Source of the DNA: Candidatus Terraquivivens tengchongensis
GTDB lineage: Archaea > Thermoproteota > Nitrososphaeria_A > Caldarchaeales > Wolframiiraptoraceae
Reading direction: 5' to 3'
Length of the DNA: 64,000 nt
Assembly (NCBI GenBank): GCA_023261845.1
Contig: JALNJZ010000001.1
Coordinates: forward strand, 32,001 to 96,000
Part shown: piece by piece, positions 1-8,937 of the stretch
How positions within the stretch are numbered: position 1 is the first letter of the stretch
Layout of the letters: each line of letters starts with the position of its first letter
Program-made: the position numbers and the translations under genes
The notes under the pieces: generated by a model
What the model saw: the letters and a program-made list of their open reading frames with translations, nothing else
Database searches by the model: none
What the model was told of the DNA's origin: nothing

Positions 1-852
1 TATTATGTGATCAAGATTTCCTAAAGCCTGGAGCGCATTCATCAATGTTGAGTCGTATGGTGCACCACCCGGGCTCACCATAAGTATATCTGTTTTATTC
101 TTCAACCTTACCGTTAAGATGTCATGGGCCAAACTGGATGCAGAAGCCCTAACCCGTTCTGGCTGTCCCGCGAAAATTTTCACAAGTCCTTGTTTATCTG
201 AGTGAACCGTCTGGAAGACAAGAGCAGGTTTAAGATTGTTAGCAACCTCCCACAGGCTTTCTATACTCTTCGCACGTTTCGGTTTTGATTTTGCATATGC
301 TGTTCCCATAATAACTGCATGTCTGTAATCAAGTAAGCCGTAGGCACCATGATGTTCTGTAGGCGTGAGTACGAGCTTCAGGTCGCTACTCAAGTATTCG
401 TGATGAACCTGGAGACCGCTAGCATCGTCCAAAACCCATCCAGAAGATTCTGAGTAACGGTCCACGACGACTACATTAACCTTGGTAACATCAATGCCTT
501 CAACGCTTGTAAAATTTTCGATCCCTACCTTTCCATACCTCCAAGGCGAAAGCAATATGCTGAAAGATTTTCCGTCGCTCTTGTGTTGAATAAAAAAATC
601 TATTAGTTTTCTGTAGACACGTAAGAAACTTTCAGCGGGCAATTGTGTATCAACCAAGAGCGAAATTTTCTTTGAGGAACGGATTAAACTTTCAAGCTCC
701 CCATACCCTAAACTCTCGATAGCCGATTCTACCTCTGCTTCAACGTTCTCGACTTCGGCCGGCTTACCAGGTTCTGCTATAAAGCACTGCGTCTCCGATG
801 GTACGTCAACAAAGATCTCTGTTTTGCCATACTTTAGCCAAAGCTCAACCAA
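1..852 (-). CDS. LarA (lactate racemase/DUF2088)-like protein, divergent; 3' end runs off the window
   Basis: Not in the ORF track. I translated it by hand from TTG at 852: MVELWLKYGKTEIFVDVP...SSDLKLVLTPTEHHGAYG...DILMVSPGGAPYDSTL, open to base 1. The N-terminal L.YG and DI..S.GG.P.D motifs are typical of LarA family proteins. Confidence 0.65.
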   Translation of the reverse strand, partial: MVELWLKYGKTEIFVDVPSETQCFIAEPGKPAEVENVEAEVESAIESLGYGELESLIRSSKKISLLVDTQLPAESFLRVYRKLIDFFIQHKSDGKSFSILLSPWRYGKVGIENFTSVEGIDVTKVNVVVVDRYSESSGWVLDDASGLQVHHEYLSSDLKLVLTPTEHHGAYGLLDYRHAVIMGTAYAKSKPKRAKSIESLWEVANNLKPALVFQTVHSDKQGLVKIFAGQPERVRASASSLAHDILTVRLKNKTDILMVSPGGAPYDSTLMNALQALGNLDHII

Positions 853-918
853 ATCGTTCCGACCTTCCCGTAGTAGGTTAATAAGATTGATATAAGTGAT
901 TGTGTATATAGTGTCGCA

Positions 919-1542
919 ATGGAGCCCCAAAATATCCTTTCATTTATATCCTCAAGGGCGAGTGCAAAGGTTCCGGGCGGTGGGGATGTCTCGCTTGATG
1001 AGGTTATAAGGGCGCTGGAGGTTGCGACTTCCGCACCCTCAGCACATAATGCTCAACCTTGGAGGTTTATCATCGTTAAAGATTCAAGAGTAAAAGAAAA
1101 ACTGATCGAAGAAATGGCAGCTTTATGGTGTGATGATTTAAGGAGAGACGGGCTGGATGAAAAGATCATAGACGAAACGGTAAGAACATCAACGGAAAGA
1201 AGCATGAAGGCATCGGTTATCATCGTGGTATGTCTTACGATGGAAGACATGCACAAGTACCCTGACGATAGACGGAGGATGTGCGAATACATAATGGCAG
1301 TCCAATCGGTCGCCGCCGCGATAGAAAATATGCTTTTGGCGTTCCATGCGATGGGCATATCAGCTTGTTGGAGGAGCAGCGCGCTGTTTGCTCCAGAAGT
1401 CGTAAAGAGAGTTTTAAAGATCCCTGACTCTTTCGAGCCACAAGCAATCGTGGAAGTCTCACGTGGAGGCATATCGTCAAAACCTCCCAGAAAACCGTTA
1501 AGTGAAGTTGCATGTCTAAACTTTTGGGGGAATCCTGTATGA
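919..1542 (+). CDS. Nitroreductase family protein, FbiB C-terminal/FbiE-like (candidate dehydro-F420 reductase)
   Basis: APSAHNAQPWRF nitroreductase motif and QSVAAAIENMLLA; its stop overlaps the cofD start (ATGA). Confidence 0.8.
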   Translation: MEPQNILSFISSRASAKVPGGGDVSLDEVIRALEVATSAPSAHNAQPWRFIIVKDSRVKEKLIEEMAALWCDDLRRDGLDEKIIDETVRTSTERSMKASVIIVVCLTMEDMHKYPDDRRRMCEYIMAVQSVAAAIENMLLAFHAMGISACWRSSALFAPEVVKRVLKIPDSFEPQAIVEVSRGGISSKPPRKPLSEVACLNFWGNPV

Positions 1543-2477
1543 TAACTACGCTTGCTGGTGGTGTCGGAGCTGCTAAGCTTATTGATGGGCTTTCCTCGAT
1601 AGTTCCGCCTGAAGAGCTCACGATAATCGTTAACACAGGAGACGACTGTGAGTTCCATGGTTTGCACATCTCACCTGACCTTGACATAATCACTTACACT
1701 TTGGCAGGATTGGTGGACGAGGAAAAAGGCTGGGGCATAAAGAACGATACATTCAACTGCCTTGAGATGTTGGAGGCTTACGGTCACGATACTTGGTTCA
1801 GGCTCGGAGATAGAGACCTAGCAACCCATATCCACAGGACAATGATGTTAAGGTCCGGTTACAAGCTCTCCGAAGTTACGAAGGACATATGTGCCAAGCT
1901 TCGCATCAAGCAAAGGATCATACCGATGACTGACGATTACTTCGCGACAAAGATAAAGACCGACACGGGCATCATACATTTTCAAGAATATTTGGTGAAG
2001 AGAGGTGCCGTTGATGTCGTTCACGGGATTGTGTACGATGGTGTTGAGGGCGCGAAGCCTGCGCCGGGCGTTATAGAATCAATAATGGATGCCAAGGTCG
2101 TTATCGTATGTCCAAGCAACCCTTTGGTGAGCATAGGTACGATACTCGCCATTAAGGGCGTACGTCAAGTCCTAAGGGAAACTAAAGCCAAGAAGATCGC
2201 TGTTTCGCCTATAATTGGCGGTACCGTCGTCAAGGGACCTGCAGACAAGATGATGAGGTACTTGGGGATCGAGGTCTCTGCTCTAGGTGTAGCCAAACTA
2301 TATTCCGACTTCCTAGACATATTTGTAATGGATGAGGTTGATGCACCACTCGTGCATGAAGTTGAAAAACTGGGCATAAAGGCTGTTGTAACTAACACAC
2401 TGATGAAGACTAAGGATGACAGGATTAGGTTGGCAAAATTTGTCTTGGATGTAGCCTCGGTATATAAAAAAGCTTAG
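1539..2477 (+). CDS. cofD: 2-phospho-L-lactate transferase CofD
   Basis: LAGGVGAAK, VNTGDD, HISPDLD, WFRLGDRDLATH, CPSNPLVSI and KGPADKMM motifs. Start placed at ATG 1539, overlapping the upstream stop. Confidence 0.95.
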   Translation: MITTLAGGVGAAKLIDGLSSIVPPEELTIIVNTGDDCEFHGLHISPDLDIITYTLAGLVDEEKGWGIKNDTFNCLEMLEAYGHDTWFRLGDRDLATHIHRTMMLRSGYKLSEVTKDICAKLRIKQRIIPMTDDYFATKIKTDTGIIHFQEYLVKRGAVDVVHGIVYDGVEGAKPAPGVIESIMDAKVVIVCPSNPLVSIGTILAIKGVRQVLRETKAKKIAVSPIIGGTVVKGPADKMMRYLGIEVSALGVAKLYSDFLDIFVMDEVDAPLVHEVEKLGIKAVVTNTLMKTKDDRIRLAKFVLDVASVYKKA

Positions 2478-3487
2478 GGTACTAGGACGGCCCTTGCCCT
2501 GACTTCGCCCATCTTTAGCTTCTTTAAGACTTCGTTCACTTTCTCTAAAGGATATTTTTCGCAGACTGGCTTTATCTTTCCGGCACGTGCCAACTTTATC
2601 ACGTCCCTCATCATCCACCTCGAGCCGATCACCGAGCCGACTATTCTTTTCTCTTCATGGAAGAAGAATTCGCCAAGTTTGACGTGAACGCCCATGACTA
2701 TTGTTCCGAATGGTTTTGTGACCTTTATAGCCTGCTCTGCGGCAACATCTGAAGGCGCGAAGACTATGCTGGCATCAACCCCGCCCAGTTTCCTTATCTC
2801 CTCCACTGGGTCGCTGGTTGATGAATTTATTATTACGTCGGCTCCAAGCTCTTTTGCAACCTCCAGATGTGCTTTATTCCTGCTGACTGCCAAGACCTCA
2901 GCGCCATAAAGCTTAGCGATTTGGACGACCATGTGACCTACTCCACATATACCGAAGACTGCTACCCTCTTCCCTGGCTTCAGCTCCGCCTTAAGCACCG
3001 CACCGTACGCTGTCACACCAGGACAGAAAAGCGGAGCGGCTTCGATCGTGTCTAAGTTGTCAGGGATCGGATAGACGTATCGCCAATCAGCGAGAACGTA
3101 CTCAGCATACCCACCATCAACGGTCTCACCAGTTATCTTCTTGCTAGGGCAAAGGTGCTCAAAACCCCTCAGGCAATACTCACACCTACCGCAAGCAGTC
3201 CAGAGTGGTTGAATGCCAACCCTCTGCCTAATGCTCAGACCTTCCACGCCCCGACCGATTTCGTGTATCGTGCCAACTATCTCATGTCCAGGTATTATCG
3301 GTAATTTTGACGGTAAGCCATACTTAACCCAATCCCCTTCGATCATGTGAAGGTTCGATCTACACACACCGCATGCTTCTACCTTAACTAGAATCTGATT
3401 ATCTTTTGGTTCGGGTACTGGTACATCTTCGATAACGATCGGATCCTTCTCGACAGGGGCTGGCTTATAGAGGAGTGCTGCTTTCAT
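2474..3487 (-). CDS. Zinc-dependent alcohol dehydrogenase (MDR family)
   Basis: CGVCRSNLH, PGHEIVG and structural-Zn CGRCEYC...C motifs; the Rossmann motif reads GICGVG. Confidence 0.92.
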   Translation of the reverse strand: MKAALLYKPAPVEKDPIVIEDVPVPEPKDNQILVKVEACGVCRSNLHMIEGDWVKYGLPSKLPIIPGHEIVGTIHEIGRGVEGLSIRQRVGIQPLWTACGRCEYCLRGFEHLCPSKKITGETVDGGYAEYVLADWRYVYPIPDNLDTIEAAPLFCPGVTAYGAVLKAELKPGKRVAVFGICGVGHMVVQIAKLYGAEVLAVSRNKAHLEVAKELGADVIINSSTSDPVEEIRKLGGVDASIVFAPSDVAAEQAIKVTKPFGTIVMGVHVKLGEFFFHEEKRIVGSVIGSRWMMRDVIKLARAGKIKPVCEKYPLEKVNEVLKKLKMGEVRARAVLVP

Positions 3488-3566
3488 ATTTAGTAGATTC
3501 TCGTGACGCTTTATAAAAATTCTTGGTATTATGTAACCAGGTGAAGTTTTATGTCAAGACGCATTT

Positions 3567-6500
3567 CTAGCTTATCCTTTTGATCTCCTCATAGATGTCT
3601 CTTAACATATCCTCATAGTTGGCTGCTCTACTTTCAACATCGTCCATCATCTTGAGCAAAAGCCTAGTTCTCTCTTCGGATACAAAACTGCCATAATTCT
3701 TTTCCAAAAATTCAAAGACCTTACGCCCAACATTTGTTGGGAAGAGTAGACGGTTTCTTTCTGTGACGTACCCCCTTCGGAAAAGCTTATCAATTATGGT
3801 TGCGTATGTGGATGGTCTGCCTATTGCCCTCTCCTTCATGAGCCTTATTACATCGGCCTGCGTGTAGGGGTAAGCTAAAGGCACTACCCGGTATTCTAAC
3901 TCGACATCGTGGACTCCTTCTGGAAGCTCCTTATCAACAACTATACTTCTGTAGAGTTCTAAAGCCCTTCCTCTCGCTTCGACTATCCTCTCGACTATCT
4001 TCTCTTTATCCAAAAACTTCAATAGGTATTTCTTGACTTTAACCTCAAACTCACGACACTGGCTTGCCATGAAACGCCTAAAGATTAGGTCGTAAAGAGC
4101 GAAGTGTTTGGCTGTCATCTCCTCGGCCGGTACGACTCCCTCATAGATCATTCTCTGGAGCGTGAACCTATCCCAAGGCCTCGTAGGTCTTATGCATTCA
4201 TGAGCACCCTCAGCCACGGACCAATGCCTACCTGCAAAATCTTCTCTAAGAAACTCCTTTGCGATCCTTAGCCCGACGTCGCTTACATATGTCGAGTCCG
4301 TTCTGTGATAAGTGACGAAGCCACTCTCGAAAAGGCCTTGGGCAAGCTTCATTGTCACATCAGAGCTCAACTGTAGAATTCTGTTAGCATCTCTCAGCAT
4401 CTCATCTGTTGTATAGGGCGGGAGCGGTAAGCGTTTTTCCCACTTCTCTTCTATTAGCGAGATTTCTATACGTAGCCGTTTTTGTTCATCTTCCAGCTCT
4501 TCAAAAGCTAAGCCCAGTTGCGGAGCGTAAGCAACCTTCTTTTTCTTCTTGAATTCATCCGCACGCTGGATTACCCATCCTAGAACGGGCGTTTGAACCC
4601 TGCCTGCAGACAGGTTATAATCTCCAAAACGTTTCCAGAGTAATTGCGAAAGGACAAAACCTATCCACCTATCTTCTATTCTCCGGAGTATTTGAGCCTT
4701 CACAAGATCTTCGTTGATGTTCCTTAAGTTTGAAAAGGCCTTCATGAGTGCCATAGGTGTGACCTCGTGAAATTCTGCACGTTTTATCTCGGCTAATCCA
4801 CTTAGGATGTTTTTTAAGTCCCAAGCAATCTTCTCACCCTCAGCATCCGGGTCGGTACCTATTATGACCAATCCTGTTTGGTAAGCAATGTTTCTGATAG
4901 CATCTATCCTATCTGCCGAATCGTCTATATCATCGTATCCGCACATTGGACATCTGTCCTGTTTGTTGGTGAACTGATAGTTGCATCGTTTACATCGCTT
5001 TATTGTCGTGTATATCGGTGTGAAGTTGCCGTTAACCTGAACTCCGTGAAAACCTCTATCCACAACTAGGTCAACTATATGGCCGAGACACGCAGTTATA
5101 GATAGCACATAATTTTGGCTCGCAACCTCGTACACAATCAAATTATTGAGAACTTTAATGCTTGGACGTCCAAAAAACCTTGATATTATTCTTGCTTTCG
5201 TCGGACTTTCGACGATGAATACTGCAGGCCTTATTTCCTCAATCGCACGATGTCTGAGTATTCTGGTCTCATCAATTTCTTTCTTTAATGACTCGAAGTC
5301 AGCATTGTTGAAGACCTTAAACGTTATGTCGTAATATTTTGCTCTTTTGATGAATGCATTCAATATTTCTTCGTCTTCTTCCAACAAAAATGACGCGCCC
5401 TTCGTTAGACCGTTAATGGTTAGTCTGGACGACCTCCCGGAGCCCTGGATGTAAGTTTTGAGATCTGGAAGTATTATTTCATTTTCTTTTATGACGAAAT
5501 CTTCGACTTTTCTTCTTTGCAAAATTTCGCTTATCAGTTTTTTAATTTCTTCCAGTTTTTCTGGATGTTTCTCCAAACTGAGTATTAACGGAAGATTTCT
5601 CCGTATGGGTTCTTCTTCCTGTAAGCTCAATGCCAGAACCTTTATCAGCTTAGGTGTTAGGGCTTCGTATTTGAATCTTAAAACAGGGGCACCGATGAAA
5701 ATAACATATCTTATCTTCTGAGGGAGGTCCAACCCTCTAACGAGTAAACCATAATAATACGACGTTCCAATTAGATGGTCAACACTACCTTCGCAAAAAA
5801 GATCATAATCCTCCTTCCTCCCAGCCAACACGAGTCCAATCCTGAATTCATCCTTTAATGCATTGTAATATTTTTCAGCCTCCTCACTATTTCGGGCATA
5901 AATTATGCAGCCCTTACCCATGATTCTTAGAATCTCCTTTACTTTTTCTGGTCCTTCCAAGTTTAAGTAAAAATCTTCAACATTCCTAACCGTGAAGAAA
6001 GAGGAGCCGACGTCGAAATTTAACAATTTTCTAAACAGCATTGTAGCCTTGCCTTTGCTCGTGGTCGCCGTGGAAACTACCAGGACACCTCTTGGTTCAC
6101 CAGCCCATTCTCCATTGACCTTCTTAAACCCTAGAAGATATAGAATCCTTTCCACGTTTTTTGAGGCTTTCAAGATAGCATCTACATCATCAACGAATAT
6201 GAAGTTGAAATGGATGTTCTTGAACTTCTCAAACCTCTTGGAAAGAAAGGCGGCTGTAGTTACCAAAATGTTAAAGTCACCATTCTTGAGGATTTCCTCG
6301 AATTTTCCTTTCTCTTCTCTATCAATTTTTTCATGGTAGAAAGCTAATGTTACGTCTCCCTTTTCGTTCATACCTACACTTTTACCTATCTTTAAGCAAA
6401 AGTTTCTCAGCTCATTAACGCATTGTTCAACTAATATCGTCGTGGGGACTATAACGTAATTTTTCTTTCCCTTTAATGCTAAAAAGAGTGAGGCGATCAA

Positions 6501-6761
6501 CCCGAAAGCGGTTTTTCCGATTCCGGTCGGAGCCACGACGGTGAAGCTTTCATTCCTGACAAACCTTTTTATCCAAAACTTTTGTATTTCTCTTGGTTCA
6601 CCCAATATTTTCCTGAATAAGTTTTCGAGTTCTGTTTCTTCATCAACACGTACCGCTGAGTTGAACGGAACGTTCTTAACGCTACACTTTATTTCAGAAA
6701 TTTCCTCCGAAGACACGTCCTTTTTGCAGACAATGCATAAGTCTTCGTATATTACTGGCAT
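3567..6761 (-). CDS. rgy: Reverse gyrase
   Basis: N-terminal SF2 helicase-like module (APTGIGKT, DDVDAIL, TYIQGSGRSSR) fused to a type IA topoisomerase (IVESPTKA, GTDPDAEGE, SAGRVQTP, catalytic TYHRTD, GRPSTYA). Confidence 0.98.
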   Translation of the reverse strand: MPVIYEDLCIVCKKDVSSEEISEIKCSVKNVPFNSAVRVDEETELENLFRKILGEPREIQKFWIKRFVRNESFTVVAPTGIGKTAFGLIASLFLALKGKKNYVIVPTTILVEQCVNELRNFCLKIGKSVGMNEKGDVTLAFYHEKIDREEKGKFEEILKNGDFNILVTTAAFLSKRFEKFKNIHFNFIFVDDVDAILKASKNVERILYLLGFKKVNGEWAGEPRGVLVVSTATTSKGKATMLFRKLLNFDVGSSFFTVRNVEDFYLNLEGPEKVKEILRIMGKGCIIYARNSEEAEKYYNALKDEFRIGLVLAGRKEDYDLFCEGSVDHLIGTSYYYGLLVRGLDLPQKIRYVIFIGAPVLRFKYEALTPKLIKVLALSLQEEEPIRRNLPLILSLEKHPEKLEEIKKLISEILQRRKVEDFVIKENEIILPDLKTYIQGSGRSSRLTINGLTKGASFLLEEDEEILNAFIKRAKYYDITFKVFNNADFESLKKEIDETRILRHRAIEEIRPAVFIVESPTKARIISRFFGRPSIKVLNNLIVYEVASQNYVLSITACLGHIVDLVVDRGFHGVQVNGNFTPIYTTIKRCKRCNYQFTNKQDRCPMCGYDDIDDSADRIDAIRNIAYQTGLVIIGTDPDAEGEKIAWDLKNILSGLAEIKRAEFHEVTPMALMKAFSNLRNINEDLVKAQILRRIEDRWIGFVLSQLLWKRFGDYNLSAGRVQTPVLGWVIQRADEFKKKKKVAYAPQLGLAFEELEDEQKRLRIEISLIEEKWEKRLPLPPYTTDEMLRDANRILQLSSDVTMKLAQGLFESGFVTYHRTDSTYVSDVGLRIAKEFLREDFAGRHWSVAEGAHECIRPTRPWDRFTLQRMIYEGVVPAEEMTAKHFALYDLIFRRFMASQCREFEVKVKKYLLKFLDKEKIVERIVEARGRALELYRSIVVDKELPEGVHDVELEYRVVPLAYPYTQADVIRLMKERAIGRPSTYATIIDKLFRRGYVTERNRLLFPTNVGRKVFEFLEKNYGSFVSEERTRLLLKMMDDVESRAANYEDMLRDIYEEIKRIS

Positions 6762-6898
6762 CACTCTTTATCCCCACAAAAACCTCTGATGGTAATCAAC
6801 ACTGCCTAAATTTTTACTTTTGGTTTATGCTTAGTATAAGGAAGTTGTTTAAGGAAATTAAAAATTTAATATTTAACGAAATTAAACTTACACTTGTC

Positions 6899-7543
6899 TT
6901 GCTCGAGTTTGCGATAATCCCGGTTAAGAAGTTGGCGGATGGAAAATCAAGGCTTAGAAGTTTGCTTACACAGGAGCAACGTAAATACCTCATCCTCAAG
7001 ATGCTTGAATTTGTTGTCGATGCTTGCGTTGAGGCTGGTTTAAGCAGGGTGCATGTAATCGGGAGCGACCCTGAAGTTGAGACGTTGGTTAAACAAAAAG
7101 GGTTGTCTTTCATATCTGACATGTGGTGTGGACTTAATGAGTCTCTTGAGGGGGCTATTAGCATGCTTTACTCAAAACATGCGGGAGGCTTTGTCATACT
7201 TCCCTGCGACCTTCCATTACTCTTACCGGAAGATGTGAAAACCATAGGAAGATTATTGGAGTACAATGATGTCGTAATTTCTCCTTCTTTTGGGTTAAGG
7301 GGTACAAATGCTCTAGCGATGAAGGAAGCGCATATAATCAAGATGCAATTTGGAGCTTCAAGCTTCCCTAAACATGTATCCTCAGCAAGGGCATGCGGTA
7401 AGAGGGTGGCGATATATGCATCGCTAGGAGTATGCCTAGATGTGGACTTACCTAAAGACTTGAAAATGCTTAGTAATTTATCAAGGTTGAGTCATAAAGG
7501 TGTTAATAGGGTTAGAACTGCTTTAGATTACTTACGCTTGTGA
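6899..7543 (+). CDS. cofC: 2-phospho-L-lactate/PEP guanylyltransferase CofC
   Basis: AIIPVK...KSRL, PCDLPLL, GTNAL, FGASSF..H and LDVD.P.DL motifs. Start probably TTG 6899; the ORF is open from 6827. Confidence 0.9.
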   Translation: MLEFAIIPVKKLADGKSRLRSLLTQEQRKYLILKMLEFVVDACVEAGLSRVHVIGSDPEVETLVKQKGLSFISDMWCGLNESLEGAISMLYSKHAGGFVILPCDLPLLLPEDVKTIGRLLEYNDVVISPSFGLRGTNALAMKEAHIIKMQFGASSFPKHVSSARACGKRVAIYASLGVCLDVDLPKDLKMLSNLSRLSHKGVNRVRTALDYLRL

Positions 7544-8922
7544 TGCTTCTTTCTCCTCTTAAGAACGTAAAAAACTGCGAGCGCCACCGGTATGAGTAAC
7601 AACAATTCTGAGATAAGTATGTAAATCTGCACACCAACTCCCTGTTCTTCAACGTTTTTTAGCTCGATGCTAGTTATGGCACCATTGGTTATTGTTATGT
7701 TTCCGGCACGAAAATAAACGACATTACCTACCGCATCGGAAGCGACAACCTTTACCCTGGCTACTCCATCCATAATTTTTATGTTCTCATTACCGACGTA
7801 CCTGTTATCCTGGGCTGGGCTCATCTCGAAAGTAGAGTTTATGATAAGTTTTCCATTCGTGTAATACTCCACGACCGCTGTGATGTATCTTAGATCGCCC
7901 TCCCTGTCTTCGACCTCAGCGAAAACTCTAAAATCTTTATCACTGAGTTTCTCGACCCATGCAGTTTTTATCTCTGGCGATCTAGAGATCGTTACCACTC
8001 CTATCGCATTCCTTGTTATATCAATGAACCAGAAAGTGTTGTTCGGACCTTTCGTGGGATGCCATGGCGAGGCAAGAGCTAAACGGATTTCATCAATCTC
8101 TCCATTAAAAACCTCACCCGCCGAGCTTCTTGGTCTGCAGAAGTAGACGACAGAGCCATAATCGGTTGAAAGAAGGGGCGGAGCGACAACCGTCCCAGTC
8201 GGCAGGGCTACCTTCTCAACCAGCTTTAGGTCCCTTGTCACGTGGATTAGATACCCTTCGACGGTCACTGCCCAAACACCACCGTCCTTCGCTGGCGTCA
8301 CAAGGTATGTCTGATTCTTGACTTCGTATGTTTTAACAGAACCGGAGGCCGTGTCAATAAGTAGCAGGCTCCTGTAGGATGCATCTATGACCCAGAGCCC
8401 TGCATCGGACTCGGCAATAACACCTTCGCCCATAGCAACGTTCAGGTTCAACTCACTCAACACTTTCATCTCGAACGGCGAGAAGAGCACGACCTGAGAA
8501 ACGCTAGGAAGGGCGAGCCACACGCCCTTTTTTGTCGGATACATATCCACGACGTCCGCTTTAAGCTCAAACGTCTTTACGTCAAGCGTCTTTGAGTCTA
8601 TAACGGCAACGGACTTTGTATTGCTAAGGGCTACAATGACTACCCCTTCATAATATAAAATCTTAGATGGGAGACCCGGGAGCCTTATCGCCATCATCTC
8701 ACCAGTCTTTGGCATGAAGAGAACGACCTCCATCCTCGATGGCAGCGACAGCCAGACTCTTTCCTGACTTTCGACGGCTATATGCGTGGGCAGATCTCCT
8801 CTAAGTTGAAAATCATAGTAGTCTAAAACTTTGATGGACATTGCTGGCTGAATCGTCGAAAGAAGCAGCAGGGCCGATATTACCATTAATGTAGCCGCTA
8901 TCCTCATCGCACGGTTCACCAT
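7528..8922 (-). CDS. Secreted, membrane-anchored beta-propeller (Vgb/YncE-like) surface protein
   Basis: Signal peptide, repeated G.VW.. beta blades, a beta-rich stalk, then a C-terminal TM helix followed by KRRKKHHKRK. Confidence 0.65.
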   Translation of the reverse strand: MVNRAMRIAATLMVISALLLLSTIQPAMSIKVLDYYDFQLRGDLPTHIAVESQERVWLSLPSRMEVVLFMPKTGEMMAIRLPGLPSKILYYEGVVIVALSNTKSVAVIDSKTLDVKTFELKADVVDMYPTKKGVWLALPSVSQVVLFSPFEMKVLSELNLNVAMGEGVIAESDAGLWVIDASYRSLLLIDTASGSVKTYEVKNQTYLVTPAKDGGVWAVTVEGYLIHVTRDLKLVEKVALPTGTVVAPPLLSTDYGSVVYFCRPRSSAGEVFNGEIDEIRLALASPWHPTKGPNNTFWFIDITRNAIGVVTISRSPEIKTAWVEKLSDKDFRVFAEVEDREGDLRYITAVVEYYTNGKLIINSTFEMSPAQDNRYVGNENIKIMDGVARVKVVASDAVGNVVYFRAGNITITNGAITSIELKNVEEQGVGVQIYILISELLLLIPVALAVFYVLKRRKKHHKRK

Positions 8923-8937
8923 CCGCTGTGTTTATAA

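Noticed and set aside
1053-1693. Long antisense ORFs (204 and 152 aa) and similar shadow ORFs elsewhere (e.g. 9288-9887, 18094-18540, 31538-31951)
   Set aside because: They lie opposite well-supported genes, are Ser/Phe-rich mirror translations and have no motifs.
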